64,000 bases of DNA from Lama guanicoe (Eukaryota), in NCBI GenBank assembly GCA_013239625.1, contig MU053504.1, forward strand, positions 1,118,001 through 1,182,000, given 5' to 3'. Positions within the stretch are counted from its first letter, which is position 1; each line of letters opens with the position of its first letter. The notes beneath the pieces are model-generated. The model was not told the origin of the DNA. It did no database searches and saw only the letters and a program-made list of their open reading frames with translations. The translations under genes and the position numbers were made by a program. Positions 1 through 12,467 of this stretch are shown piece by piece.

Positions 1-325
1 TTAGACTCATTCCATCCTGAAGATGTGTATTACTAAAGGTGCTGTTTGCCCACGAAGAATGCCAAGCCCCAGCCCAGCAACTGAAATTATCTGCACCTCC
101 CTCCCTCCCAAGCCTTACAGGTATATATTTGCAATGTGGCCAAAACTTCCATCATCTCCACCCTGCCAAGCACCAGCGTTCTCTCGCTCGGAGGTTGCAA
201 AAAAGATGACATGCATAGGTTTCCCAGAAGTCAGGGCCCTAAAATAGCACTTATAGTTACTGGCATAAGTGTTTACTCCACCCTCCCTCCTGCCACAGGA
301 CCATCGCACGGGTCGTTCACTACAC

Positions 326-344
326 AAACACACACACACACACA
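326..344. repeat. (CA)n microsatellite
   Basis: acacacacacacacacac run. Confidence 0.9.
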
Positions 345-499
345 CCCCTACCTGCCCCAACCTACGCACCGTCAGATCTCAGCTCTCAAGTTACTTCCTC
401 AGAGAAGGCTTCCCCTCACCCTGGGTTCATCATGTGACCTGTTAAAAGGCCTCATAGCAAAGCACTGTTTATCCGTCCTTTCTTGCACTCATGATAGCT

Positions 500-668
500 G
501 ATAGTTATGCATGTTTTTGTGTGTCTTTGTCCCCCTATTAGACTGTAAGCTCACTGGGGGTAGGGACCTTATTTACTTTTGTTCGCTGTGTCTCCAGTGC
601 TCAGCGCAGTGCCTAGCGCATGATAGTGCTCAGTAAAGATTTTGAATGAACAAATGAGTGAATGAATC
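500..668 (+). mobile_element. L2 LINE 3' end fragment
   Basis: TTAGACTGTAAGCTC...GGGACC...CCAGTGCTCAGCGCAGTGCCTAGC...TGAATGAACAAATGAGTGAATGAAT, typical of the L2 3' terminus. Confidence 0.8.
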
Positions 669-699
669 ACGGACAGTCGGGTGGAGGCAGGAAAGAGTA

Positions 700-1420
700 A
701 GAGAGTGAGTTTTGGAGCCAGACATCTAAAGTCAAACCAGCTATGTGACCATGGATAGTAACGTAACATTTCTGTGCCACCATTTCCTGTCTGTAAAATG
801 GACCTGAAAATGAGGCGGGAAGCCCCATAAAAAGACAGTCAGGAGCCCCAGGCAGGGCCACTACTCTCCTGCCAGCACCGTCGGGTTCCCTGGCGGGAAA
901 GCTCTATCTAACTTTCTGCCTCTAAAGCGGCTAACTTACACCTAAAATTCTATTGGTTCCCTGAGCTCATTTCTGATTGGTTATTTCCTTCACTCCTGAT
1001 TGGGTATTACTCTCGCTTCTGATTGGTCCACTCCCCTAATTTCTGATTGGTCCATTTGTAATACTTCATTTGCATGGAGCTCACTCCTGATTGGTCTATT
1101 TCTACAAAGCTTGTTCCTGGTTGGTCAACTTCTGTTATACTTTATTTGCATATGATGTTGCAAAGTGTAAAACTGGCAGCCTATAAAAGGCCTATGTAAC
1201 CCTACAGACGGCGTCCAGAGCTTGAAGTGTTAACTTCTCTGGGTACGCTAATTTAGTGAACCTGAGTTCTCCAACTCTTGGAGTGCTGCTTGGTCTCTCA
1301 CCCGGATCTAGGTTGTTGCCACAACTGAGCTGTAACACCGAGCTGCAACACATTTTTCCTCAGCAATAATACCACTTCCGTCATGGGGGTGTGGTGAAAT
1401 CAAGCTGAGCCAGACTCCTA
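700..1420 (+). mobile_element. MIR SINE split by an LTR (700-810 and 1363-1420)
   Basis: The MIR core ...GCTATGTGACC...TTTCCTGTCTGTAAAATGG resumes after the LTR as GCAATAATACCACTTCCGTCATGGGGGTGTGGTGAAATCAAG. Confidence 0.7.
811..1362 (+). mobile_element. ERV1-like solo LTR with tandem CCAAT boxes
   Basis: Inverted termini TGAGG...CCTCA, repeated CTGATTGG units, ATTTGCAT twice, TATAAAA at 1182, and U5-like GAGCTGTAACAC repeats. It interrupts a MIR. Confidence 0.8.
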
Positions 1421-2549
1421 GTAAGTCCTCAACGTTTATTTGCTTTTATCATGACCACTACTTTTTACTCTTGTGGCTGGTACAAGCATTACTGTAATGA
1501 CTAGTCTCTTACATGTATCCTGGTAGGCTTCTTACGAGTTTTGCGATAGGTGAGATTCCTAGAAGTTGAATTGTTGCATCTGATGTTTCATTTATTTGGA
1601 ATCAATTTTTGTGAATAGATGAAGAGAGAGATCCCATTTTTCACTTTTCCAAATGGAGAGCTGTGAGAGGCACCTATTAGTTTCTGGATCAGCAGAAATT
1701 AGACATGCAGTGAGGGCAAGTGTTTCCTGAACTCGGATACAGGGTACCTTGATGGAACGTTTCCCCAGTTCCATATGACCCACCTTATCTCTCTGAGGTT
1801 CACCTAGGAGGGCAGAGATTAAGATTAGGAGAATCTTATTTATCTCTTCTGTTTGAATTTTTGTTCCCAATACTGTGAGAAGTCATGTTGTTAATAAACA
1901 GCTCCCCACCCTGCCCTACACAACAAGATAACTACTCTGTAACTGCCAATCTAGACTCGATGTCTAGCGGTCCTGATGCTTGGGTTCTTGTTCTCAGATC
2001 AGCTGTGTCATAGACCTAGGACTTTTCAATTTGGCATCTGGGCTTTTCCTGCAGTAGAGAAGATTTCCAGCCTAGCACCTCCCCAGCAGCAGGCTAGGCA
2101 ATGGCCTCTCACACTAGCCAGTTGTCCCAACACCACTTACAAATTTCATATGAATAGGAGGGTCTATTTCTGGACTCACCTCTGTTCCTCTAATTCTGTA
2201 GATGTTCCTTTATTCCATCCTCATGGTTCTTATTTTTTAAACATTCCTGGCTATAGTCTCAGCCAAAAAACTTAAGAATCAAGTCGCCCAAATTGTGCCC
2301 CTAATCCCTGCAAAAGTACTTGTCTACATGCACGTAACACCAGCCCACTAATGCACACACATATATATTTTTGTACACACTTGCACATTCTCATACATCC
2401 GCTAGAAATGTCACCCAAATTTTACTGACCCTATGGAATAATTTGGAAGGAACTGATTTCTTTTCAATACCGAGTCTTCCTATCCGGGTACATGGAATAT
2501 TGCTTCTTTTATTCAGGTCTTTTGGCTCTTCAGTAAAGTTTTATAGTTC

Positions 2550-3140
2550 TGTTACTGAATCCAAGCTTGTATTGCTTGCCACATGACAGGCCAATAAATC
2601 GAGAGATGAAGTGTTGGGGCAACGAATAGCGACTTTATTTGGAAAGCCGGAAAACCAAGATGGTGGACTGGTGTTCCAAAGAACCATCTTCCCTGAGTTA
2701 GAATTCAGGCTTCTTTTGTACTAACAGGGGAGGGGATGAGGTTGGTGGTTGCAAATTTCTAGCTGTCAGAATCCTTTGTTCTCACAGCCGTGTAGGTAGG
2801 TCAGGTCACAATGTAAACCTCCAACAAGACAAATGCTAGTCTCTGTCCTGCAACTTTTTATCTCTATATGAATGGAAAAGTATTATACCTTTAAGGGTCA
2901 GAGCCTTGAGAATGGGCTATCCTGTGTATTTCAGGCTTTAGGCAACGTTCTTTTATTTTCCTTCCTTTAATTTTTTTAATTTTGGGGAGGTCCTGGGGGT
3001 GAACCCAGGACCTCGTGCATGCTAAGCACTTGGTCTTCCACTGACAATGTTCTTAACTTACAACAAAAGCAGTAGAATACAAAGGCTAAAGTGAAAGAAA
3101 TGGATCTAACATGGAGCCAGATTGGTTCTTCCCTCTCACA
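2550..3140 (-). mobile_element. ERV1-class solo LTR
   Basis: TGTTAC...TCACA termini with a 4-bp TSD GTTC (2546-2549 and 3141-3144). A minus-strand AATAAA (TTTATT) lies near 2635. Confidence 0.82.
2953..3044 (-). mobile_element. 5'-truncated tRNA-derived SINE (Vic-1-like, camelid)
   Basis: The minus strand reads TCAGTGG...GTGCTTAGCATGCACGAGGTCCTGGGTTCACCCCC followed by an A-rich tail. TSD is CAACGTTCTT (2943-2952) / CAATGTTCTT (3045-3054). Confidence 0.8.
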
Positions 3141-3804
3141 GTTCCCCTTTTAGGTCGCACACATTTTGTATTCCTTGTTGTCATTGTCAATAAGGCTTTA
3201 TTGGTCATATTTATATTATATTACAAATAAATACATTTTATAGTTTACATAATTATATAATGACATTTGTGATTATTACTGGATAAAGCAACATCTTTTA
3301 CTTTGGTACCCTTGGTAGAAGATGACCTGAGCCTCTGACGCAGATGGCTAAGCTGATTTGGTTGCCATGCAACAGGCAGAGTGCTAAATCAGACGCTGCA
3401 GACAACTCCCAGGCAGGACTTAGAGTAACCTCGGACTTGTTCACAGGGCGTGGAGTACACAATGACCAATGATATCCGAACTTGGTTTGGTTGCCACGTA
3501 GCAATGAATACAGATTTAGCTTTTTTACCTCTTAATTCCTATGCTTGAGCAATCTGGATTGGCTTACAGAATAATTCAAAGTAGTCCAGGGAAGGTGACA
3601 TCAAAATATCTTTTTAGATAATCCACTTTTATCTGTTTTTGAAGGTTTGGTTTTTTGTAGAGTGCCTTCCTCACAGTATATATTGCCAGCTTTGCACTGA
3701 TGGTAAGGTTCACCTAGGGGTTTATAGTTACTCTAATTGTCTTCCGACCTTCGACCTTCAGTCTTTAGTCTTTATTATCAAGATAAGATCTTGTACTGCT
3801 TATC

Positions 3805-4600
3805 TATTTATCTATTTATAATATTTTATTGAGATTTAATTGGCATACCACACAATTTACCTAGTTAAAGTGTACAGTTTAGTATTTTTTTAGTATTTCA
3901 CAAGAGTTGAGCAATCATCACAACAATCAATTTTAGAAAATTTTCATCGTTCTGTAAAGAAATCTGGTACCTATTAGCAGTCACTCCCATTTCCCTCCAA
4001 ACCTCCTCAGCCCTAGGTAACCACTAACCTACTTTCTGTATCTATAGATTTGACTATTCTGAACACTTCAGATAAAAGGAATCATACAATATGCAGTATT
4101 TTGTGACTGACTTCTTTCACTTAGCATGTTTTCAAGGTTCATCCATGTTGTAGCACAGATCAGTATTTCATTCCTTTTTATAGACAAATAACATTTCTAG
4201 CCAAATAATAATGGACATGCCATATTTTATTTATCCATTCATGAGTTCATGGACATCTTAGTTATTTCTGTTTTTTGGCTAATATGAATAATGCTGCTAT
4301 GAATATTCATGTACAATTTTGGTGCGGGCGTATCTTTTCACTTCTCTTGGGTATTTACCTAGGAGTGGACTTGCTGACTCATACATGTGATAAATCTATA
4401 TTGAACATTTTAAGAAACTGCTAAACTGTGTCCGAAAGCAACTGCACCATTTTACATTCTCATCAGTGTCGCATCAGGGTTCCAGTTTCTCCACCCTTGT
4501 CAGCACTTGTTATTATCTGTTTTTCTGATTATAGCCATCCTACAGTGGTAGGTGTGAAGTGGTACCTCATTATGGTTTTGATTTGCATTTAGCTGATGTC
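3805..4600 (-). mobile_element. Old L1 (L1M-type) 3' fragment
   Basis: Poly-T-like start followed by antisense L1 3'UTR and ORF2-end motifs (TTCATCCATGTTGTAGCA, AATAATGCTGCTATGAATATT, CACCATTTTACATTC). Confidence 0.88.
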
Positions 4601-5289
4601 CAAACCTATACTGTGTCTTGAATCTGATATTTAAACACCCCCTTTTGCCTCTCCTTGGAGCTACTCTGGCTGGATTTTGTGATGGGGCTTCATGCATGCA
4701 TTTCCTCTGCAGATCCCAGAAAAACGCACGGCTCAACAATGTGCTGCATGGCTGTTGTTATTCTGGCAGAAAGGGTGGGACTTGAACCTCAGGAGGAAAG
4801 AAGCATCTAAAAAAAAGAAAAGTGGTTGTTTAGATATCTCAGTCACCCATGTATCTGTGTTACGGGTATTACAAAACTCCAAACTAGATCAGGAAACATA
4901 TATTTTTGTCTAGAAACCCTTATTAATGATACAGTCACAGGGTCTCAACTGGAGAAACATTTAATGTGTCCTATCTGACACAGAAAGCTGCCTACAGTCT
5001 GGAAAGTTCTCTAGAGACATCTGCTAACTGACTAAAAGGAAAATGTTGAGAATAGTGAGGAGGAGGTGGACTTAAGACGAAGAATGGTGTGTAGACCTGG
5101 GGTAGCAGGGCCCTCAGGACTCAGAGGTCTTAGAGAACAATCCATCGGGGAAAAGAAAAGTGATAACAGATAGTGAGTTAATAAAATATGAGCGAGAAAC
5201 TGGGGGGGGGTCAATACTTTTTCTGCCTGGGGACCTCTAAAACTTGAGTTTAAGGAGAATTGAAGGAAGTCTTTGCTGTGGCAAGTAAC

Positions 5290-5465
5290 AGAACAACAGC
5301 TACTTTTATTCCCTGCCTGCTCTGTGAAGGGCACAAGGCAAACCATGTCACATGGATTATTACGTTCGCTCCTATTTTACAGGCGAGGGAAACGAGGCCC
5401 AGAGAGGTCCCGGAACCTGTCCAAAGGTGGCCTTTGAAACCAAGTCCTCCTGGATCTTCGCACAG
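5290..5465 (-). mobile_element. MIR SINE
   Basis: CCTATTTTACAGGCGAGGGAAACGAGGCCCAGAGAGGT...CCAAAGGT...TTTGAAACCAAGTC. Confidence 0.7.
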
Positions 5466-6714
5466 AACTCTGCTTGCTTCTGCAAGGTAATGGATTTCAG
5501 AGGGAATATTCTAGAAATAGAATTGGGGTGGACTTAAGAAGAAAACAGAGGTTTCTTTGTAAACTGCCTAGAGAAAAACCCAGGTTAGGCAAGGCTAGCC
5601 TCAGATAACTACATCAAAGAATTAAGACTAAGGAGTTTCAAAAAAACAAAACAAAACACTACATCTTACAAAGACTTAGGTGGTCTTTATAATTGTGTAG
5701 GGAGATCAGCTACCTCCTCCCACAGGCAGGTGTGAGACTGTGTGAGCAGCACCCTGACTGTGTCCTTTGTAACCCAATGGGCTCTTCCATCTGTAGTTGG
5801 ACAGACCTGTTCCTTTCAAGATTGGTGATGTTATGTTTTCCTGGGAGGAGGGAGGAATATTTCTGGAAAGAATTAGAAGACTATGTTTCCAATGATACAG
5901 CTCTAGAAGGAAAGTCAGTCCCTTTGGTGATGGGGCCAAGCCTCATTTTTTAACCCCTGCTCACATTATCTTAGAAGGTGCATCGACGACAAAAAACCCC
6001 ACCTTGTAGCACAAAAGGCCACCAACCCCTCCCACACGGCCCCAGCTCCCCACCCCCATTTATCCAAGACGTGTGGCTTCTTGGGGATCTTGGCAGTTAG
6101 CAGAGCAGAGCCAGTGCGAGGAACTATTATTCCTCCCTGAGACACACCTTTATGACTGAGACCCCTTGAGCCAGGGCCTGGCTGGGAGGATGAGCAGATT
6201 CCCGAACTTGGGGATCATAAAGATTAGAGGTCCAGGGTGCATCACCCTTCACTCATCGCCTGTTAATTAGGGCTACTTTGGATTCTGATCGGGCGTGGAA
6301 AATTCACCCTGCACCTCCTTTTTACAGGCTTTGTGATGGCCAGCCTTTGTTTCCTCTGTTGGGCCTCTGAAAAACCCCAGACCATTCGAGTATTAAGCAA
6401 TCACAGAGTGACAGGCTGCCAGGGTGAATGGGCATTGAGAGAACACGTGGTCATCCCATGCATGTGTTAGACGAGCAGCCTGTGCTGGGCGCTACTTGGC
6501 TGATACTCGCGGGACAGGTGGGGCTGGAGCACACCTCACCTGCATCATACCTTTTTTGGAGAAGCTCTAGGCTTTTGTAAAACAAACATTGAATGCTGTA
6601 TCTTCCTTTGGAACTGCAACAGAGAGAGATTGGAGGTTGGCCAGGAGCACAGAGAAGCCATGCAAATTTAGCTGTGGAGGGTACCTCCCACCCCATCTTC
6701 ATCTGAGGGAGACG

Positions 6715-7264
6715 TGTCAGGGGTCCCCACAACCACCTCCAGGTTCAGTAATTTGCTAGGAGGACTCATAGGACTCAGCATAGAGTCATCCTTGTGGCTA
6801 AGATTTATTACACAAAAGCAGAATCAGCCAAGGAAAAGGCTGCATGGGGGGAAGCCCAGAGGAAACCAGGCCCAAGCTCCCAAGGTCCTCACCCAGTGGA
6901 GTCACACAGGATGTACTTAATTCCTCAGCCACACATGGTGACAATCTATGCTAAATGTTGTCGGCCCAGGAAGCTCATTAGAGACATCGTCCCCAAGGTT
7001 TTTAGTGGGGCTGTTCACATAGACACCCTCTGCCTAGCACGGACCAAAATTCCAGACTTTCAGAAGTGAAATACTATTCTGCATAAACCATATCATTTGT
7101 ACAAACAGTCTAGGCACACCTTTCTCGTCTAGGGAAAGTCTCTTATCGGTGCAGGGACCTGTTTGCCTGTCAGGTTCCCAGATGTCAGCCAAGAGTCAAC
7201 CTTGCAAAGCAGGCCTTTCTAAGGATAAGAAATCCCAGGCCTGCTGTCTTAACTCTTTTCAGCA
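6715..7264. mobile_element. MER21-like solo LTR
   Basis: TGTCAGGGGTCCCCACAACCACCTCCAGGTTCAGTAATTTGCTAGGAGGACTCATAGGACTCAGCAT...GGCCTGCTGTCTTAACTCTTTTCAGCA resembles MER21 ends. A paralogous copy lies at ~12040-12467. Confidence 0.75.
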
Positions 7265-9564
7265 TGGGAAGGAAATCGCGTTCATCCTTTATTCTGTTAG
7301 AACTTAGTGCCACCATCCACACAGTGAACGTGATTATTTTTCATCATAAGTCCTGGACTCACGTTTCTAATGGTCGTCTCTACCTGCACCTCCAAAAACG
7401 AGCTCGTTAGCCCCCTCATTCTGTCCCCTTTCCTTGCAGACCTTCTTCAAGGGAACAGCACCCTCGTCGCTCCATCACCAAAGTTTTCCTTACCTTCTAC
7501 CTCCATCCTATCCTCCACAGCTAACCAGTTGCCAAGTCCTGAAGTTTCTACCACTCAGAAGTCTCTCAAACGTCTTTCTCATCCCTCCTGCTCCTTCGTT
7601 AGGTCAACTGTTGTCATCCAGCTCTAAGCAGTGGCTTTTACTGAGTCCTTCAAAATAATCACTCTCTTTTTCTCCCCCCGCCCCCTTCCATAATGCACTG
7701 CTGCCAGAGTTCTTTTCCACTTTTCTTTTTCTTAAACACGATTTTCTTTCACTTTTTGTCTTGAAGCAGTTTAAGATGGACTGAACTCCTTCTTTTATCT
7801 GGAAAAGTAACGCAGCCACATGGTAAAAATCGTTCCAAAGGGGATGCCATGAAAACTAAATTCTCTCACTTCCTAGTTCCAGTATCCTTCCCTAGAGGTT
7901 GACAGTTGGCTGTGTACCCTTCCAGAATATTCCTCTGCTTGTACAAGTGTGTATATGCAGGGACGTCCTTAGAGCACACGTGTTTTCTACATCTCCACAC
8001 CAACGGGAAGACGCTGTACACACGGTCCACACTCCACTCTCTTCGCTTCATGTTACCTTCGAGAGCTTTCCTTACCCGTACCTGCCGATCTGACATTTTT
8101 TTTTAACACCAGAGTGTTCTGTTTTATGAGTGCAATTTATTTAGTCAGTTCTCTCTTGATGGACATTTCAGTTATTTCTCAGATCTCGCTACTCTAAAGA
8201 GTTGCCTTTGAAGACACAGATCTGATTTGTGTCCTCCCGAGCCCTTCCCCAGCTCAAGCATCTTAAATGACGTCCCCTGTTGACAGCTAGGCCTCTAGCT
8301 GGGAATCAGGGATGCAAACAGATCTGCCTGGGATTCCGTGGAGAAAAATGATCATTGAACTGGTAAGTGCATAGAATTTTTTAATAATAAAACAACAAGA
8401 TTCTGTTATGGTGTAAAATACAGAACTTTAATGAATTTTTCAGATGGTGGTAGGAGATTTCAAAAGAAATTCATGGAGCCTCTTCAGGCTACACTCCCCC
8501 CTAAAGGCTCCTGTTTTCCTTTCTTGTTTAAAGTACATTGGTGGGGAACCGCCTGAGGACCCAGTCCACAGGATGCAGTCAGAACTTTCTGGCAGAGGTC
8601 TGAGACTGGGTCAGACGGAGCGGGGCCCTCTGCTGGCTGCACTGGGGGCTTGGAGGGCGAAGTTTTTGCTTCTCTGTCCAGACCTCTCTCAGTGTACAGG
8701 TGGGTCTGTGGGAAGATTGAAGTCTAGGGAATTATCATTTTAAAAATTTTAAAAATTTCAAAAATTATTATTATTATTTTTTAGTTCAAATAGCTAGTTG
8801 GAGGCCGACTGGAAGCAGTGTTTTTCCATGATGTCACGCTGCCTCTGCCGCCCGATTCGGAATGAGGGAAACATATGACAGACAAGTCCAGCCGGGGAAG
8901 AATTTATCTCACATTGTTGTCTGTTCAGAACCATCACAGATTGGGTATCTTTCTCACTTCCATTTCCATATCAACGATGCCAGCTCATGTTGACCCCTGC
9001 ATATCTCTTCGTGCTTCCCTCTCTGATCGTTCTTGGTGGCCTGACACGGACTGCAGTGAGAGCAGGGAGCACTTTAGAAGCCAGAGGGCTCTGGCTGTGG
9101 GAGGACAGCGAGGACGCAGAGCCTTCAGAATGGGAGTGAGTTTGCGGTGCTGTGGTTGCCGAGGTTCCGCGTTTGCACTAAGCCAACAGGAATGTGATGT
9201 ACACGCTGCAGATTAGGAAGGAACAGGCCACCCACTCTTGCTCCAGGCGCCTCACCAGCTGCCCAGCCTGCTCACCAAGGCACTGGTATTCGGTGCCAAG
9301 GAACTAACATCAGCTTCCCAAGAAAGTGCTGCTCCCTTCCCTCAACAGGCCCTCTCTGCTTTCTGGGTGAAGTCCACCTGCGTCCGTGTTCCGTCTCTGG
9401 ACCCGCCTGCCTTTCTTGCCTTCTCTCCTGATCTCCCTCTATAAGCGCTCTGGCTTTGCCAAGAACATGCCCCACACTCTCCCTATCCTGTAGTGTTTGC
9501 TTACACCTTTCTTGTCCTCTGCCTCTGCTTGTTTGAAATCCTATAATTTTCCCAAGGCCTGGGA

Positions 9565-9950
9565 ACCAGGCAGGTTGGGTTCTGCTGCATCTAAGAGAAG
9601 CTGCAGTGGCTGGACCAAACAGGGGTTCATTTGTCTCAGGCAACAAGAAGTCCAGGGGCAGGCAGTCTAGGGCTGGCAAGGCAGCTTCATCCTGAATTCC
9701 CTCCAGGAACCAGGCCCTTTCTGCCTTCCCTGCTCCACCTGCCTGAGTGATAGCTGCTCATAACCCAAGTTCCGGGCAGGAAGAAAGGCATAGAAGTGAA
9801 GCTATCCTAGAAGAAACCTGCTTATGCCTCATTGGCCAGAAAGGAGCCTCCTAGCCACCCCAACTGCAAGGAAGTCAGGGGAGGTCTTCGGTTTTCTAGC
9901 CTCTAAGGGCCCCCGAGAAGGAAGCTGGAATGGGTGTTGAATGATTTAAC
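9565..9950. mobile_element. MaLR (MLT1-type) LTR remnant
   Basis: GGGTTCTGCTGCAT...CAGTGGCT...AACAAGAAGTCCAGGGGCAGGCAGTCTAGGGCTGG...CTCATTGGCCAGA...CTGCAAGGAAG. Confidence 0.6.
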
Positions 9951-11100
9951 ATGTTTTAAATATTGCCTCTTCCCTGAAGCCTTTTATTTTAAGCATCCTA
10001 GACTTCCTCTGCTTTTACCTAACTGATGTAAACCTGTTCAGAGCACTCAGATGGTGCCTCATGTCATAGTTATCTTCCCTTTTCTTCTTGGTTATAAGCT
10101 TCTTAAGGATGATGAGTGTGTCCTTCACATCCTTGTCTCCCTCGCGGCTTCTTTTGGATCAATTCGTGACTTCTGCTCCTTTCTCCTCTGTCCTTTCTCC
10201 TCCTCGCCCTTTCCTAAAATTCACATGTTAGACTTCCCACAAATGTGTGTTGATTTAAACTGAGTAGAATTAAAAGAGAGAATGGTGGTGTGAATATTGC
10301 AAAGCTGTTGGGTGCGGGTGTTTGATTAGGAAGCCTGACTCTGACTCTGACTCCTAGTTTTCCTGCGTGACTTTGTCTGAGTCACATGACCTTCTTACAC
10401 CTTGGCTTCCTTATCTGCAAAAGTAGGGGATGGAATTAGATGGTCCCAAAGTTTTCTTCCAGCTGTAAGAAACCAAGGACTCTTCTGAATGGACTTGATC
10501 AGCTGCCAGGAGGTAAAGCCTATTCAGGTCCAGAGAGAGCCAATAAAACGGGGGGCAGAGAAGTCCAGCACTTTCCCTCATTTCACAGTGAATGGGCCAG
10601 CCAAGCCCAGAGGGGCAGAAAGGATGGAGACTGGGCCGGAGCAGCACAGATGAAAATCTGGGGGTAAGAGACTAGTTCCATTGTCAGCAGGCAAGAGCAA
10701 TCTGGGGAGGTCATGGTTCAGGATAGAACCTGCACCATCTGATCCCCAAATCTGGAAGCCCTTCCGAACCGAACCTCCTGATGACGAGGAGGGCTTTCCC
10801 GAAAACCTCTTTTAGGTCTGGGGAAGGTGGAGACCCACATCTATCATCCTGTCCATTGGAACAGGTCACATGTGTCCATCAGTTTTATCAGTTTATCCCC
10901 ACATGGGAGAGGAAAGCAAGACTTACAGATTGAAGACCCAGGTCTGCCGTTGTGTTTTTCTGAACAAGTTAATTGTCCACCCTGGGCTTTAGATTCCTAT
11001 CAGTAGATAGGCCCTGGCATACACCACTGATTTTTAGATCTTTAGCACTGAACAAAAGCAGATTAAAAGCTTGAAAAGATTCCTCAAGCAGCAAGCCATC

Positions 11101-11318
11101 TTTTTTTTTAAATCGGAGTATAGTCAGTTACAGTGTTGTATCCATTTCTGATGTACAGCATAATGTTTCAGTCATACATATACATTCATGTATTTGCTTT
11201 CATATTCTTTTTCATGATAGGTTACTACAAGGTATTGAATATAGTTCCCTGTGCTAGACAGAAGATAACTTATTTTTTTTCTCTGTTTTATATGTAGTAG
11301 TTAATATTTGCAAATATT
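11101..11318 (-). mobile_element. Young lineage-specific L1 3' end, 5'-truncated
   Basis: Poly-T followed by GTATAGTCAGTTACA...GAATATAGTTCCCTGTGCTA. TSD AAGCCATC at 11093-11100 and 11319-11326. Confidence 0.88.
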
Positions 11319-12039
11319 AAGCCATCCTCTTGGCAAGAAATACTTCTCGATCTGTAGACTCTCTGGAGCATCTTGGAAGATGCCTGTGGCTGCAGGGAAA
11401 ACCACGAGACTACGTGACCTTGGAGGCCCCTCCCTGCTTGCTGACTTTGCACCTTTTCTGGTTGTGGTTACAGCTTTTTTCTTTTCTCATATTTTCTGTC
11501 TACTGCAGTTTGACACCGAGTATCAGCATTCTTAAAGAGATAATTGGGGTACCATCATAACTTGTGATTTCACGTCAGCATGTCTCACCTCTGTACATAG
11601 CTTGTTTCTGGTCATTCCTCAGTTTCTTTATGGAAGTTTTTAATTGCCTTTCCCCACCCCAAGAGTCTCCTTTGTCCTTGTCCCAGACACTCACTCATGA
11701 GATGCGATGACAAACTCGCCTGTTCCTACTCCTGTCTCCAGGTAGAGTGAGTCACAGGCAGGCAGCGAAGCCGATGCTGAAAAGGAGCCTCACATCTGGA
11801 CGGGAGAGTTGATTCCACTCGGTGCCCCCACCCGAGAGTGGAAGCTGCTGACTTAAACGTCTTATTTGTGTGGTCTCCTGGGGGAAAGACCTTGTAAGTT
11901 TGGTTTCACAAGTGACCTACTTGACCAGTTTCACTAGGGTTCTGCACAATATGTGACTCCCCTTCCTCCCGTCTCGACTTACTAATAGCAACTGAAATGA
12001 TGGCGATACTCAGCTATCATTTGCGGAATGCCTATTAAC

Positions 12040-12467
12040 TGACATCGGAGAAGGGAAGAGGGACATGGGGCGAAATCCAGAGGAAACCAGGCTCGGGTTT
12101 TCGGGAATGTTCTCAGACTCTCTCCCAGTCACGTACCTAATTCCTCCAGCAACAAACTGTGACGACACATGAGAAATGTCATCTACCAGGGGACCTTACC
12201 CGAGCCTAAGGGTCCAGGGTTTTTGTCGGTGGTCAGTCCTGTGGGTTCCCTCTGCCTGGCAGGCACCCAAACTCCAGGCTCCCAGAAGGAAATCAGACGT
12301 TCAGCATGAACCACACTGTTTGTACAAACAGCTCAGTACAGTGAGCCATTCATCATCTCAGGACTGGTGAGAAACTACCCCAAACCCATGTTCCTCAAGG
12401 CCATCAGAGGGCCGGACTTTCTGAAACGGCAGTCTCAGACCTGCTACATCTATGCTTTTCTGCGCAA
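12040..12467. mobile_element. MER21-like LTR, partial second copy
   Basis: Shares CCAGAGGAAACCAGG, TTTGTACAAACAG and the terminal GACCTGCT...CTTTTCTGCGCA with 6715-7264. Confidence 0.7.

Noticed and set aside
2985..3044. tRNA gene
   Set aside because: It is a truncated tRNA-like head with an A-rich tail and TSD, so it is a SINE and not a complete cloverleaf.
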